NCBI GenBank assembly: GCA_965235115.1
Contig: OZ249436.1
Location: 16,184,001 to 16,248,000 of the forward strand
Origin: Laetmonice hystrix
Lineage: Eukaryota
DNA length: 64,000 nt
Direction of reading: 5' to 3'
Made by a program: the position numbers and the translations under genes. Of the stretch, positions 48,401 through 60,992 are shown in pieces. The notes beneath the pieces are model-generated. The model had not been told where the DNA came from. It did not search any database and saw nothing but the letters and a program-made list of their open reading frames with translations. Position 1 is the first letter of the stretch. Every line of letters starts with the position of its first letter.

Positions 48401-51400
48401 TGCATGCACCATGTGTCCAGAATGTGATAGCAGATTGCATCCCTCCTGCCTGTATCCACCAGCCTGGACGGTGGCCGCAGTGGCTGGCTGCAGGGCAGTT
48501 GAGTCACATTTGGTAAAAAGGCGGAGGGTCTGCAGGTAGGTAGGTGCAGATGTTTATGCTCTCCTTCTGTCTGAGGCAATGATAATGCTGTATGCTGCAG
48601 TACCAGACTTACACTTAAGTAACAGTCAATAGTGAATAGAATAATACCCTGTTGTATGACAGCAGAACACTGACTTTGTTAGTGCACAGATGCAGTCATG
48701 TTAAAATGAGTATGTTGATTTACAGATTGAATTAGAAAAAGTGAAAAAGCGAAGACTTGAGAGGGAACACGAAATGGAGGAACGTGAAAAGGAAAGAGAG
48801 AGATTGCAAAGAGAAAAGGAAGCTGAATACTTCAGTGCATGGGAAAAGCAGGAAGACACGGTATTTTTGCTTTGGTTCTTATAAAACAGACAGGATGGTA
48901 CTTTTGTGAATGTAACAAATAATAAGATCTTTTGTGAAAAAAAATCTAAATTCATTTAACAGGCAATTTCAGAAGTGGTGTTAGAGATGGGAAGTATTAT
49001 TACAGAGACTGTATGAATTGTACAATTATAACAGTAATTCCTTTTTCAGTTCCATTTGAACCAAGCCAAACTTCGCTCAAGGATCCGGATAGAGGATGGC
49101 AGAGGTATGTTGATATTGCAACAGCATAACAGGCCGATTCAAATTTTTTCTGTTATTTACTGGTAGGTACATCCCTCATTCCTTTTTTGATACAGGTATA
49201 AGCTGTATAAAAAAAACAAATAATTACAGTCAGTTTGATTTAAGAATAGGAGTACCTAGTGATAGGCAATTTTTTATGAACTTAAACTTAAGCTTTTAGT
49301 TATTTTATAGTCTAAACAGTGGGGCTTATACCACTTGAGCCCAGACGTGATATTGATTGTTTCTGTCCCAAGATATGTTACAAACTCCTGTCGTGGCAAA
49401 GAAATGCTGTAGTAATAATTTGTTTTTTAACATTCCCTCTCTTACTCTTTAGCCAAGCCAATCGATCTTCTTGCAAAGTACATCAGCTCTGAAGATGATG
49501 ATTTCTCAGTCGAGATGCATGAACCATACACATGTTTGAATGTGAGTAAAACTTTGCAAAATGGACAAGATGAGTATTTATAAAAACATATGGATGATAG
49601 ACATGATTTATTTTGTATTAAATGGTCAGTTGGGATTAGTTATTTGAAAGAGGTACTGCACATGGGAAAGTTTACAGCATCGTATAATAAATACTTCCTT
49701 GAACAAGACTGGTCACTGGCGATGTGAAAATAGTGCCTGTATTTGAATGGACTAAAATATAATGCCTCAGTATGTGTATGAAAGAGTTTATGCTGAAGGA
49801 GTATTGTTAGCTTCACCTTCGTTGGCATCCTAAATTTATAAAGGTATCTCGGTCTCTTATATAAAGTAAGATTCGATTTCCAGGGTCTGACCATTGCTGA
49901 CTTGGAAGATCTGCTGGAGGATATCAAAGTGTACCTAGAGATGGAAGCAGGACGAAATATTGACTATTGGCGGGACATCACTATTATAACGGAAGATGAG
50001 ATTGCCAAACTCCGACGTATTGACCCTAACTGCAAGGGTATGCTTCAGTCACTGACTGACATCTGTTTGCAGTAATTTCACCTTACTCAGTGTTCTTTGG
50101 GAGGGGGTGGGGGTAAGATAGCTGGCTACTGATTTATAGAAGCAAGGAGTGGCTTGTAAAGAACATTTTTGCCACAGAATATTATTTAGAAACAGGTTTC
50201 AGCAGATGCTCGTCACTCACAATACATTTAGGAGACATAGGTAACTATTGTATACACTGACTGTGAATCACCTGAAAACTGTCTTTTGTTTTAGATTTTG
50301 TTGGTGAGCGCCGATCAGGTATAAATCTCTCTGTGGCGGATGATGTGGCCTCAGTTTTCAAGGGGAAAACTCTGCAGCAGCTGTCCATGTTGGAGGGAAG
50401 CATCAAGTCCAAACTGCAGGGTGGGGAGGGCGTAGATGTTGGTAAGATTTAATGTGCCTGTTATTTCCTCCTATTTAATAGCTCTGTGTCATGTTTTAAA
50501 TATGTGCACTATGCTATAGAGATACACTTGAATATTCTGTGTATGATCAAATGCTTTTAAAACCCTTTACAATGTTGTGTGGAACTATCTTTTATAGTTC
50601 TATATGATGGATGCCTGTCTTCATGTAGCAATAAAATTGTGCACTGCAGGGTACTGGGAGTCACTGCTTGGCCAGTTAAAGGCACACATGGCTCGCACTA
50701 GGCTTCGTGAGCGACACCAGGAACAGCTAAGAGCCAAGCTCTTCAAGCTCAAGCAACAGGTTTGTTTTGAATCAAATTCGTCTGAATGATAATATCTGCT
50801 AGACCTATTTCCAAATTATTTAATAATATTTTTTGCCATATTAGGAATTTATTTCAGACTTTGAGGATTAACTAAATGATGTTTCCATGAATGATTTTTA
50901 ATATTCTCATCTTACTTCCTTACAAATAGCAAGGAATAGAGAGTGCACCCCTTTTCCCAATCATGAGGCCAGGAGGGGGCAGTGATGAGGAAGAGGGGAC
51001 CAGCTCAGCGGGTGGGCACATGGAAATAATCAAAACAGAGCCTGAAACGTCAGGAGCTGAGGCTGCCAGGAGCATGGAAGAATCCAGTCAACAGCACATG
51101 GTGTCAGAACTTTATAATGAACCTACGGCATCTACATCAGGACTGGAACAAACAGAGAAAGAGAATGATAGGTAGGGATAAATTATTTACCTTTATTGTT
51201 CTGACTACTGGTTTTTGTCACCGTGGGGAGAGCCAAACATGACCGTCTCTGAAAACATGTAATATCTTCCTTAATACTGTCCTCAAATACCTTTTGACTG
51301 CATATACTGCACATCGTGTTTATTTAAAAATGTAAAGAAATCAGATTTGTTTAAATTCCGAATTTGGCTGGGTTTTCTCAGAATGTGAATAGAGCAAGAT

Positions 51401-53600
51401 TTGAATCACTTATTTACTGTAAAAATCTTGTTTTATCATGGGAAAGTTGAGGTGATTATTTGCCAGAGAGAGTTTGTAAGGTCCATATTGCTTCATTATG
51501 TCTCGAGTTTATTAAAGTTAAGCTTCAGTAAACATGGGATGAGTTTTGGCTCAGTCCGTTCACCAAAGGACAGTAGAATTTCTGGCAGTTGTTTACTAAT
51601 AATGGTGGTATTTTGTATGCACAGTGAGCAGGCGGCGGCAGAAGAAGCACAGATAGAACAGCTTTACTCAGACTATGTTGCTGGAGGCTACAGCCCTGTG
51701 TATAAACAACCATCTGATATTGACCCTGACACCATCATATATGAGGAAGATGATGATGTCAAACGGCTGGAATACTCTCGACGACGAACACTGCAGACTG
51801 GTCAAGCTAAAGTATGTTATTAGATGTCAATATATTTTACACAAATATCATAAAGGAAGTAGATTTAATTAAATTCCTGCAGAAAATATAATGGAAATAA
51901 CATAGAAAGCTTACTTGAAGGAAAGTCCTTGGGGCTGGTTGGCTACTGTTGAAATAGTGCTTTCCATCCTAAGTTAAAACAGACAAACATGTTTGTGATC
52001 TGCTCAGAGGAAGGCTGTTAGTGGAGGCAGATAGCTTGATCAGACAGCAAGAGGTAATCTTTGACCCAGTTTTAATTTGTTGGTTGTTATTCTCCCACAG
52101 GATGATGAGGACAGTGAGTATGTCAAACGTGCACGAGAGGGAATGAATGATGATGAAGCACAGTTCAGTGTGGAGGTACCCCTGGAGAAACAGACACTGC
52201 TTTGGTCAGACAAATACCGAGCTCGCAAACCACGCTTCTTCAACAGGGTGCACACAGTATGTAGGATTTTTCACCTTGCATATCTTTATACATATTGCAT
52301 GGTCTCCATGTTTTTTTTTTATGTATGTCCACAGAAAGACTGCATGTTTAGTGTAGTATAGCCCATTGTTAATCATTGAAAAACTTCTTGACCAAAGTTT
52401 GCGTTCAAAGCTCAGAAGACTTGTACTATTGTATGTTTGATACATTTATCTAGATAAATCTTGTTTAAAGCTAAACTATTGTTAAAATTTGTGATAAATT
52501 TTCTGTACTCAGGGGTTCGAATGGAATAAATACAATCAGACACATTACGACATTGACAATCCTCCACCAAAGATTGTGCAAGGTTACAAGTTCAATGTAA
52601 GTATAGAAATGCCTCATTATTAATGTAATATTGCAAAGTCAGGTTTCTAAGAAGGAGATGATGATGATAAAAGGTGCTAGTAATACAAGTACTTCTACCG
52701 GACTGTCAGATAAAGATGTTAAAAAGATAACACAATTACAGAACATATAAAACCTCTATAATATATGATGTACATGTATCTAGTTCATGTGTGTTTTCTT
52801 TGGTTCCATGACAGAGAAATACATGTACATGTACATTAAAGTCACCAAACAAAACAACTGAATGGAATAATGCACTATGATTCTATAAAAATATATGTTG
52901 TGCCTTTATTGATTTATTTATTCGTGTCTTGAATTGCAACTTTTTCTTTGAAACAGATATTTTACCCAGATTTGATTGACAAAACAAAGACACCCGAATA
53001 CTTCCTGGTAGGTATTTCTAAAATTACTGAAGATTTGGAGGTGGATTTTCCCCATATTGACATTAAATATAAACGTAAACGTATTGCTTCTTAAATTAAC
53101 TTGGTCGTACTCTATATATACTCATAAATACTGGTACATTTTAAAATTTCTATGCATTGTTTGCACAGACTCCATGTGATGACAACAAGGACTTTGCAAA
53201 TCTCCGGTTTCACTCAGGCCCACCATACGAGGTAAGTAATATTTCACAGGCTAAGAAAAAAAGACATCTTAAACTACTACCCTAAGTTATCGCCAAACAA
53301 TATCCCAGATGTAGATGGAATGCAAGGGTGTGATGACCTTTTCAAATACTTCTACTCCACACTACTCCACATGATAATAATTTTCAGAACCAACATTCCA
53401 CTTAGCAATGTAAAATATGTATTTACCCGTATATACATATCTTTCTACAATAAAATGTTATCATATTGTTCCAGGATATTGCGTTCAAGATCGTCAACCG
53501 TGAATGGGAGTATTCATACAAGCGTGGTTTTAGGTGTCAGTTCCATAATAACATATTCCAACTGTGGTTCCACTTCAAGAGATACAGATATAGGAGATAA
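42483..53600 (+). CDS. CACTIN: Splicing factor Cactin
   Basis: Exons 42483-42580, 45727-46008, 47510-47579, 47824-47877, 48223-48369, 48726-48860, 49050-49104, 49453-49541, 49884-50037, 50295-50441, 50650-50759, 50930-51171, 51625-51811, 52101-52256, 52513-52596, 52957-53007, 53169-53231, 53475-53600. Motifs: RS-rich N-terminus, ETPEEKR.RRLAKK, GYTNADNPFGD, GRAKPIDLLAKY, RKPRFFNRVHTGFEWNKYNQTHYD, and the C-terminus LWFHFKRYRYRR*. Confidence 0.97.
42628..42969 (-). mobile_element. 5'-truncated LINE 3' end (L2/CR1-group-like) with poly(A) tail in Cactin intron 1
   Basis: A ~25-nt T-run on + (the A-tail on -). The minus strand encodes NSLPVHIRSSSINSFKEEIKKY, matching the WNxLP..IR....FK ORF2 C-terminal motif. 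Confidence 0.65.
44149..44508. mobile_element. Foldback non-autonomous element with CCTAAC-rich interior
   Basis: TTCGGCCGCCCGTAT (44163) / ATACGGGCGGCCGAA (44481). The interior TAACACTAACCCTAGGCCTAACCTT recurs inverted at ~61495-61520. Confidence 0.6.
45037..45616. mobile_element. PIF/Harbinger-like MITE (GGGCCC family)
   Basis: TIRs GGGCCCGTCTTACTAA / TTAGTAAGATGGGCCC, with subterminal GGCGAC/TCGCC motifs. Confidence 0.8.
46333..46719. mobile_element. MITE with CAGG ends and a 6-bp target duplication (hAT-like)
   Basis: TIRs CAGGCCTCGAATTA / TAATTCGAGGCCTG, AGGAAG on both flanks, and internal GCCGTGGTGCC repeats. Confidence 0.8.
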
Positions 53601-53753
53601 GACAACAGCATCCTATTATGTGACAGAAAAAAAGAAGTCTTTAGACCAACAGCAAAACTCAGACAAACATTCTTAGAGTAATGGATTTGTTCACCTGTAG
53701 AATCAGAAACTTTTATACCAGACGTAACTAAGCAGGACACAACATAATACCAG

Positions 53754-53912
53754 GGCCCGGTTTTTCTGTTTAATTTGCCACCCTGAGCAAGGGTGAGCTG
53801 AGCTAAGACGAGGTGAAGATGAAATGCCCTTGCTCATCTTCACCTCACCTTGTCTCAGCTCAGCTAAGCTCACCCTTGCTCAAGGTGGACAAGTAAACCA
53901 AAAACTCGGGCC
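53754..53912. mobile_element. Palindromic MITE in the probable Cactin 3' UTR
   Basis: GGCCCGGTTTTT...TGAGCAAGGGTGAGCT...GAGGTGAAGATGA is inverted relative to TCATCTTCACCTC...AGCTCACCCTTGCTCA...AAAAACTCGGGCC. It lies before the AATAAA at 54059. Confidence 0.75.
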
Positions 53913-54941
53913 CAAACCTGTGGTGGAAGTAAAACCTCACCACGAATCATAAGTATTATGCTAAATTTAGTGACATATGAAGTGATGTAAAAATAGTATC
54001 AGGTATTTTAATGAATGTGCTCAGTGTGCGATAAAAGAGATCAGTGACGCTGTGATGAAATAAATAATAGAATCTATATGATATTCTGTGTTTGTTATAA
54101 TCTATGTACAGCATGTTTATATCTATAACTAGTCACTATGATTGCAAACCATTATTCATCCCTTTCCCCTTGTATATCAGTGAAACTAGCCTAAGAAATG
54201 TACCGGTATAGTGATAAAGGACTTGGGGGGGGTCTAGTATAATATTTGAAATTCTGACTTGCCTGATCTTACGGTAAAGTACATCATGTAAACTGCCATG
54301 ATGTGTGTGACGTGAATGACGTTGATCATGTGGTCATAAGGTTGACATACAGTAGACATAGTGCGCAACTCAGAGAGCGCTAAAGCGCCGGGTAACAATA
54401 CTGTGCTGCCCCCTGGCTTCAGTCAGTGAAAGCAGCGCAAAGTGCTCCCCCTGGCGTCAGTCAGTGGAAGCAAAGTGCCACGTTTGTTTACCACGACAGC
54501 AGAGAGTACCACGTTACGACCGCCGAGGTAACGACCTGTTAATTGTCAGTTTATGCAGAGAATCTCGTGTTTGCCTATAACGCTTCCTAATCTCTAGTGT
54601 TTCACCGAGTTTATCTGTGATTTTGTCATGTACAGACTTGTTTTCCTTACACCGAAGTAAAAAGCCCGTATTATCGCCCAGTGGGATCGTCTATACCTGT
54701 TGTGTTGACGTGTTGTGTTGACGCCCAGTCCCGTTGCCGCTAGACCTAGGGCCAGAGTCCTAAAAACTTCGTAAATGGTTATACCAATCACAGTTCGTAA
54801 ACTTGCTGCGATTATTGGATAGGGGCAGTTTAAGACTATACTTCTAAAATGCAATATGTACTAAATGCATGACTGACGGCGAGATAATGACGTTGACAGC
54901 AACTGAGTCTGATGAGTGATGGGTGGGCTAGGGAGGGTAGG

Positions 54942-55108
54942 CTAATCGGAATGACGAATGACATGGAATAACGAACGACCATAAAAAAATTGCATAAGAA
55001 CTGCTCCCTTGTCATTCGATTGACACTATTCAGAATGACAAGGGAGCAGTCCTTATGCCATTTCTTTTTTGTGATTCGTTATTCCATGTCATTCGTCATT
55101 CTGATTAG
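54942..55108. repeat. ~167-bp imperfect palindrome (foldback element)
   Basis: CTAATCGGAATGACGAATGACATGGAATAACGAA / TTCGTTATTCCATGTCATTCGTCATTCTGATTAG, with inner arms ACTGCTCCCTTGTCATTC / GAATGACAAGGGAGCAGT. Confidence 0.9.
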
Positions 55109-56280
55109 GGCGTCCCCAACTCGATGAGTCCGACTCGAACGAGTCACTGTTTATCACTGACATCCAAAACATTCATCTCTTTGCCCCCTGGGAAAGCAAA
55201 AAGTACATTCTGGTTGAAGTTGCATGGCTTAGTGGATTTTGACGTCACATTTGCCATAAATCTTGACGTCACCTTCGCCCTGCTTATTTCTATGGTCACA
55301 AACATGTAATGTCATAACTGAACTGAACCAAAGTAGGCTGCCCACACTGCCAGCTAATAATTATTTTAGGGCCACTGACATTGTCAGTCACTGTCAGTGC
55401 GTCAGTGCCGGTAGGATCAATCCAGATGTGTTTACGCCCTATAAGGATCTATGTTTCGAAAGAGTTGTGTTTCAATGGCATGATATTATGTCTTAAAGCA
55501 ACAGTCTCGTCCTTCAGCAGTGTGCAATAGGCTGGCCATCCTAACGGTTGATGTGCTATTTATAGACGTCAGTTCCTATGCTGTAGCATACATTTATCCT
55601 ATGTACTTTGAGAATTGAGTTTTTTTGACACAAATACAAGTTACCCAATTCTCAGACACTCACAGTGCTGTGAGACCCATCATCAGCCCTCGGCTACTCC
55701 GGCTACAGCGAAATGGGCGAGTTGAAGATTATTGCTTACAACAAACAGCCTTCTCAATAAGTGATGGTGGCCGGCAGTTTTGCCTGCCTACTTCCCAAAA
55801 AACTGCTGCAACTTGCTCAAAATCAAAAATCGTTTTTAGTCCAGTATGTCCTCCGACATAAATCTAAGTTGAACTGATCTATTTACCCCACAAATTCCAA
55901 TTTTACTCTCAGATGGCACCAGAGTTCACCTACGGACAAAACTTTTCAGGTAGATGTCCCCTCCCGAACAGCAAGAGTGGGGTCCCTCTTCCCACCCCCC
56001 ACCCCAAGGTCGGTGCAGCACTGACCTCTGGCTGCTCCACTATAGGGCCACCTCCTACTTTTTCAAATTCCCCTTCTACTACTTTTCTTATTGAAACCCC
56101 TGAACATATGTTGACAAAATCATTGACCTGGCATTGACTTGAACAGCCAATGAAATTCGTCATACGAGAAATTATTGTTGACTGCTTTAATTTAGAAAGT
56201 AAATTTATTTCATGTCTATCTTTGTAAGCGTAATGAAAATAAATAATTTATCTATTAACTTTAAGGAGAACAATCTGAAA

Positions 56281-59200
56281 ATGATGGAGGAAGTATCCGC
56301 TGCCGAGCAGCAGGAGGTGACTACAAAGGTTGCTGACCTGGCAATAGCTGACCAGCTTCAAGATGCAGCTCAAACCAATGTCACGGAAGGTAAGTGTGTA
56401 GGTCTTATAGTTCAGTTCCAGCCTATGAACCTGGCAGATAACATAGAGTTGGCTGGAAAACTAGCCTACGGACCCGAAGTGATTAAATGGTTAATGTGCA
56501 TAAAAATATATCAGGAACATGGGTAAGAATTTTAATGTCTTATTTTATTGATCAAGTTCTACAATCATTGTGTGAATCATCTCTTTCTGCAGACTATTTT
56601 TGTGTGACCATACAACCATTTAATTTCACTTGTTGGCAGCTGGCCGGCTTGCATCTCCTGTCGTATCATCTCTACAGACAAGTACCACTTCTGGAGGTGT
56701 CCCTGCACCATCCCAGCTGCCACCTCATCTATTCACCTCTCCTCAAGTTCCTGGCTCACCCATAATGCCAGAAATCGCACCTCCTCCCATGGGCGGTTTC
56801 ATTCCCACACCTGGTGCAATAACAGCCACCCCACCAAAGGTAAATAACAGAAGAATTTAAAGTGTTGACATGCAATTTTACAGCCTTGCTCATTGTAGTA
56901 TTAGTAACAAGGGGATATGTTTTGCATAGGATCTTTAATATCCTGTCCAACTGCTGTGCTTAGCCCCTGTAGGCGGCAGCACTGCTGCAGAAATACATTA
57001 TGGCAATTCTAGTTAAGGGAGCAGTGAATAGGTATCATTGTATAAAAGAGCCACTGGGATATCATTTAGATCTAGATGCCTAACTGGGAGCTTGAAGCTC
57101 ATGTATTTTCACCGTCTCAGGCCTCTTAATTTTCTATGATGTAAAATTTGAAATAATAAAACCAGATATATGCAGGGTTATTCTAGAGTACAAGATGGCC
57201 ATTGAGATTTGTTGTAGTGAACGATTTGCTGAAATAGGACCTGAGACAGATTATGTAAAGGCATTGTTTCACATTGCAGGGTCACATAGAAAGGACAGCT
57301 TTCACGACAAGCTTTGGCAGTCCTGCAGCACCGGCATCTATGCCAAGGTAGACAGCCATTTCCATATCAAAATTCCCTTTATTTATTTTATGTGTACGCA
57401 TGCAAAATTGGTAATTTATCAAATTTGCTTGTATAGACCATAAGTTTTGGAGAGATAGATGCACTAGAATTAGAAAGATAGCTGAAGAGAGAATTTTAAT
57501 CTTGTGGGCAGGGAAAATACCTGTGCCATGGCAGAGCTACTCAATGATCTCCATGACCCCAATGAATGTACCATGGTACTGATATTGATACAAACATACA
57601 TGTCCAGAATTGAACTGGAACATTTAGCAGGAGTTCACTCTCTAATTGTTACATTTAAGGCCTTATGGCAAATACCAGAATAGTTTGAAACGTGCCCACC
57701 AGGTGGCTCTCATAAATCTCATGTCACGTTCATCTGATGCTCAAGCATGGTTTTCTTTGCACAATATTTGGCAGCAAATCTTTTGAGGAATGTGTGCATA
57801 TAAATGTTACATTGTAGTGTTGTGGTCTTTCACGTGACCACCAGGTGTCTTATTTAAATTACACATGCCAGCCATTCTAGTTGGTATTCATGTGTATTTG
57901 GATGCAAAATGTCCAGATATTTTAAAGTGTTTTGGAGTGTCCACATTGGCATTCATAATACACCCGACACCTATTGTTCACAGCACTGAACATTAGAGAT
58001 GGCAATTTGGCTGAAAACTCTGTGGCTTTCTATTTGGGTTCACTGTAATATTATTCCAGCTTTTCTGAAAAAGAACATCAGGAAACATGGAGAGCTGAAA
58101 CTGCTTTGATTTTCTGTGATGTTTGCAATTTTTTTGATAAGAGCAATTTCTTCATTTTTCAATAGCATGTATCAGCCGCCTGTGACACCGGGTGGTTATG
58201 GAACTGCTGTACCACCTCCTAGCACTTCTCTGATGCAAACACCCCAGGATATACCACAGCCACAATATACCTCTGAACCAGGTAAGGGGAGAAGTCTTTG
58301 CTCAGCAAAACAGTCTCAGTATATCGAAGAATTCCTCATTTTTCGAATGATTTTTCTGATTCAATTGACCCTAAAGCAAGTGTCTCAGCAGGGGGGTTTA
58401 TCCAGTGCCTATCACATTGAAAAATGAATTTCTAGAGCCGTTATTTGGTTTTCTTTTTGCAAAGGGTAAGATCTTTTGTCTATCACTGTAAGAGAGTTTC
58501 AGGGTGAATGTTGAGCTGACTCACCTTGCCATTTCTCTTAAACATTGATTTCCTCATGAAACTGTTAAGAAATTGCAAATAATACAATCAAAAACATATC
58601 ACTGTTCAGTGGCAAATTTAAAAAGTACAGTATTTTTCAGCATAAATTATTCCTGCTTTTCTCTCTATGTGGGTCATAATGTGGCTGGTCAATGCCACAG
58701 CTAAAATTGCCGGCTCTAAGGCAGACTTCTGCAAAACTGTGAATTAAAGCCAGACCACCATCTTGTCTCCATTGATTCGTGTAAAAACAAGATTCCCAAA
58801 ATACCCCTACTTTACTGTCTATAAGATGCTACTTTTTGATCTAATATTACTACCGCTGTTTACGAACTTTTATTTAGTATGATTACCTCCATGTCCAATA
58901 CTTCAGAGCACTTTATGGTCCGTAAAGTGGGGGGGTGGGGGGGGGGCAGGGGGGCAGCTAACCCACACCCCGGACCAGCTCGACCAGCGCAATGACGTGC
59001 TATCACGTGGCAGGCCTACTGCCCCCCCCCCCCCACGGATTTGGGCTAGGCTACGGCCCTAGTTGCAGACAGCCTGACTCCTCTGTGTCTACCAGGAGCC
59101 TGTCATGTTTATTAGGAGTCTTGGTCTCACAGACTCCTGTAAAAATGGACTAGAGCTGTGTTCACATATCTTCCCATTGACCACCATATTGATCTCTTGG

Positions 59201-60992
59201 CTCACTGTCATTGAGCCGCAGGGATGCATAGACATCTTATAAATCCCTTGTGAAATTTGCTATAGAGCCTTTCTAAGGACTACAAGCCAAGCATTGGCTC
59301 ATCACACGCATTGTAAGACAAAAATTAAATTGGTAATACTTGATGTCGTGGAACAAACCATACAGTCCCTCGTCATTTTTTTTTTTCATTCGTTGGCTAC
59401 AGTACTTCTTGTGAGATGCAACCGGACCCCATTCAGGCCCCAGGCCTTCTTTGAAGATTGTATGGTTAATTAATGGCATCAACTGATGTCAACACAGAGG
59501 CAGTGTAACAGTGTAGTCTGTCCCTTAATGTAGTCGTCATAAAGAAAGAAGTTGGACGATGTTCAAACAGATTTCCTAACTGCAAGCAGATATCTTGAGG
59601 GTAGGTTTAAAGGTCACACAGCCACATGCAGCAGAACAAACCATTTAAAAGTTTGCTCCGTTGCAACTTGCAAGTAACGAACTTCTCTTTGTTTTAAATA
59701 GGTGACATTATGATAAAGAGGACAATAAAGACGATACAGTAATAGGGGTTGATATCGACATGATACATGTTAGCACATAGTGTCGGAGACTAAATTTCCA
59801 AGGCCGCACAACAAACACGTCCGTACTCTTCTACCACTTTATTCCGTCTCTCACCGGTACAAATTTAAACTTGCCTCGCTTTGATGAATGAACTCCTGGG
59901 GTCCGTAAGAAATAACAATTTTAATTTCCGACACAGAGTTGGCAGGGATTTAAGAGAATCCCGCAGTAGAGTTGCTATTCTTTAGGTTTGCCGCAAAATA
60001 ATATACATGTATCTGGTTAACTTAAACTAAAAGTAAAATGCAAGTTGATATATGGAGTAAGCAGCACATAGGCACGCAAGTTATTTCTGCTGCTCCGTTG
60101 ATTTATGGGGCCTACCCCTCAAGGCTCAAATAGTGAAATCAACCTTGACAGTATTTACTGTTAAAGGATGGGTAGAATGGGGATGCAGAAGTCAGATGGC
60201 CAACAGTCCGATTAGTTTGGTTGAAATATTGCGGAGTTGGTAGACATAAGAAGGCGTGCACACATCAGGAGAGCTGTCAGGCCGTCGTGATGTATAACTC
60301 CTCGCTTGGGCCTCGCACACCCATAGATTGATTGATGCTGACTTTTATATTGTTGTAGTTTCTATGTTGGGAATTAGATGAATTGACTGCAAAGGTTCAG
60401 ATCTCTGTGTAGTAACAGCAGTTGAAAACGGAGAGACATAAACACTGAATCTAGATGTGATATCTAAATTCAGTGTTTGGATACTGGGTGAGATCATATT
60501 TTTATTCGATACATTAAATAGGATCAGAAGGGATTTAAAGGGTTATGGTATAAAGCACATAGGCACGCCATTTTAATTGTGTGATACATGTTTTTATCTC
60601 GTCTGTGCTTATGTATATTTTGTTTCTCCTTTTGGAGGCTCAATAAAATCAATCAATCATTCAATCAATCAATAAACTTGATGGTGACACAAGAAAGTGG
60701 TGACAGGGGAGGATTGAAGAGGAGAATGGTCCATGGAATGGATCGCTAGCCAGCCGACCTTGTACCTCAGCAGACATTAAACGCTACATCTCAACACATA
60801 ATTTTTTAATATTCTGTTTCAGTTGTTATGCAGAGTCCGTATGGTGCCAGCGCTTCCATCAGTTTTGAAGGCGGAGCAGATACTGTGGGACCAATTTATC
60901 CTCACCCTGATGAGATGCACTCGAGCAACAAGGGACTTCTTGGATGGTTATCAAATAGCGAATTTGTGCACAAAGTCATGGAAAAGACAAAG
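56281..60992 (+). CDS. PRRC1: Proline-rich coiled-coil protein PRRC1, 3'-partial
   Basis: Exons 56281-56389, 56640-56839, 57280-57347, 58166-58281, 60823-60992, with consistent phases. MMEE start, a Pro-rich region, then ASISF...GLLGWLSNSEFVHKVMEKTK, resembling vertebrate SAITF...GIWGFIK...VKSVLDKTK. A candidate non-coding exon 1 donor follows 54527. Confidence 0.8.
60085..60675 (+). mobile_element. Highly decayed LINE relic ending in an (AATC)n tail
   Basis: AATAAA followed by (AATC)n at ~60642-60675, and a frameshifted GLP-QGS-like RT motif near 60109. Confidence 0.3.
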
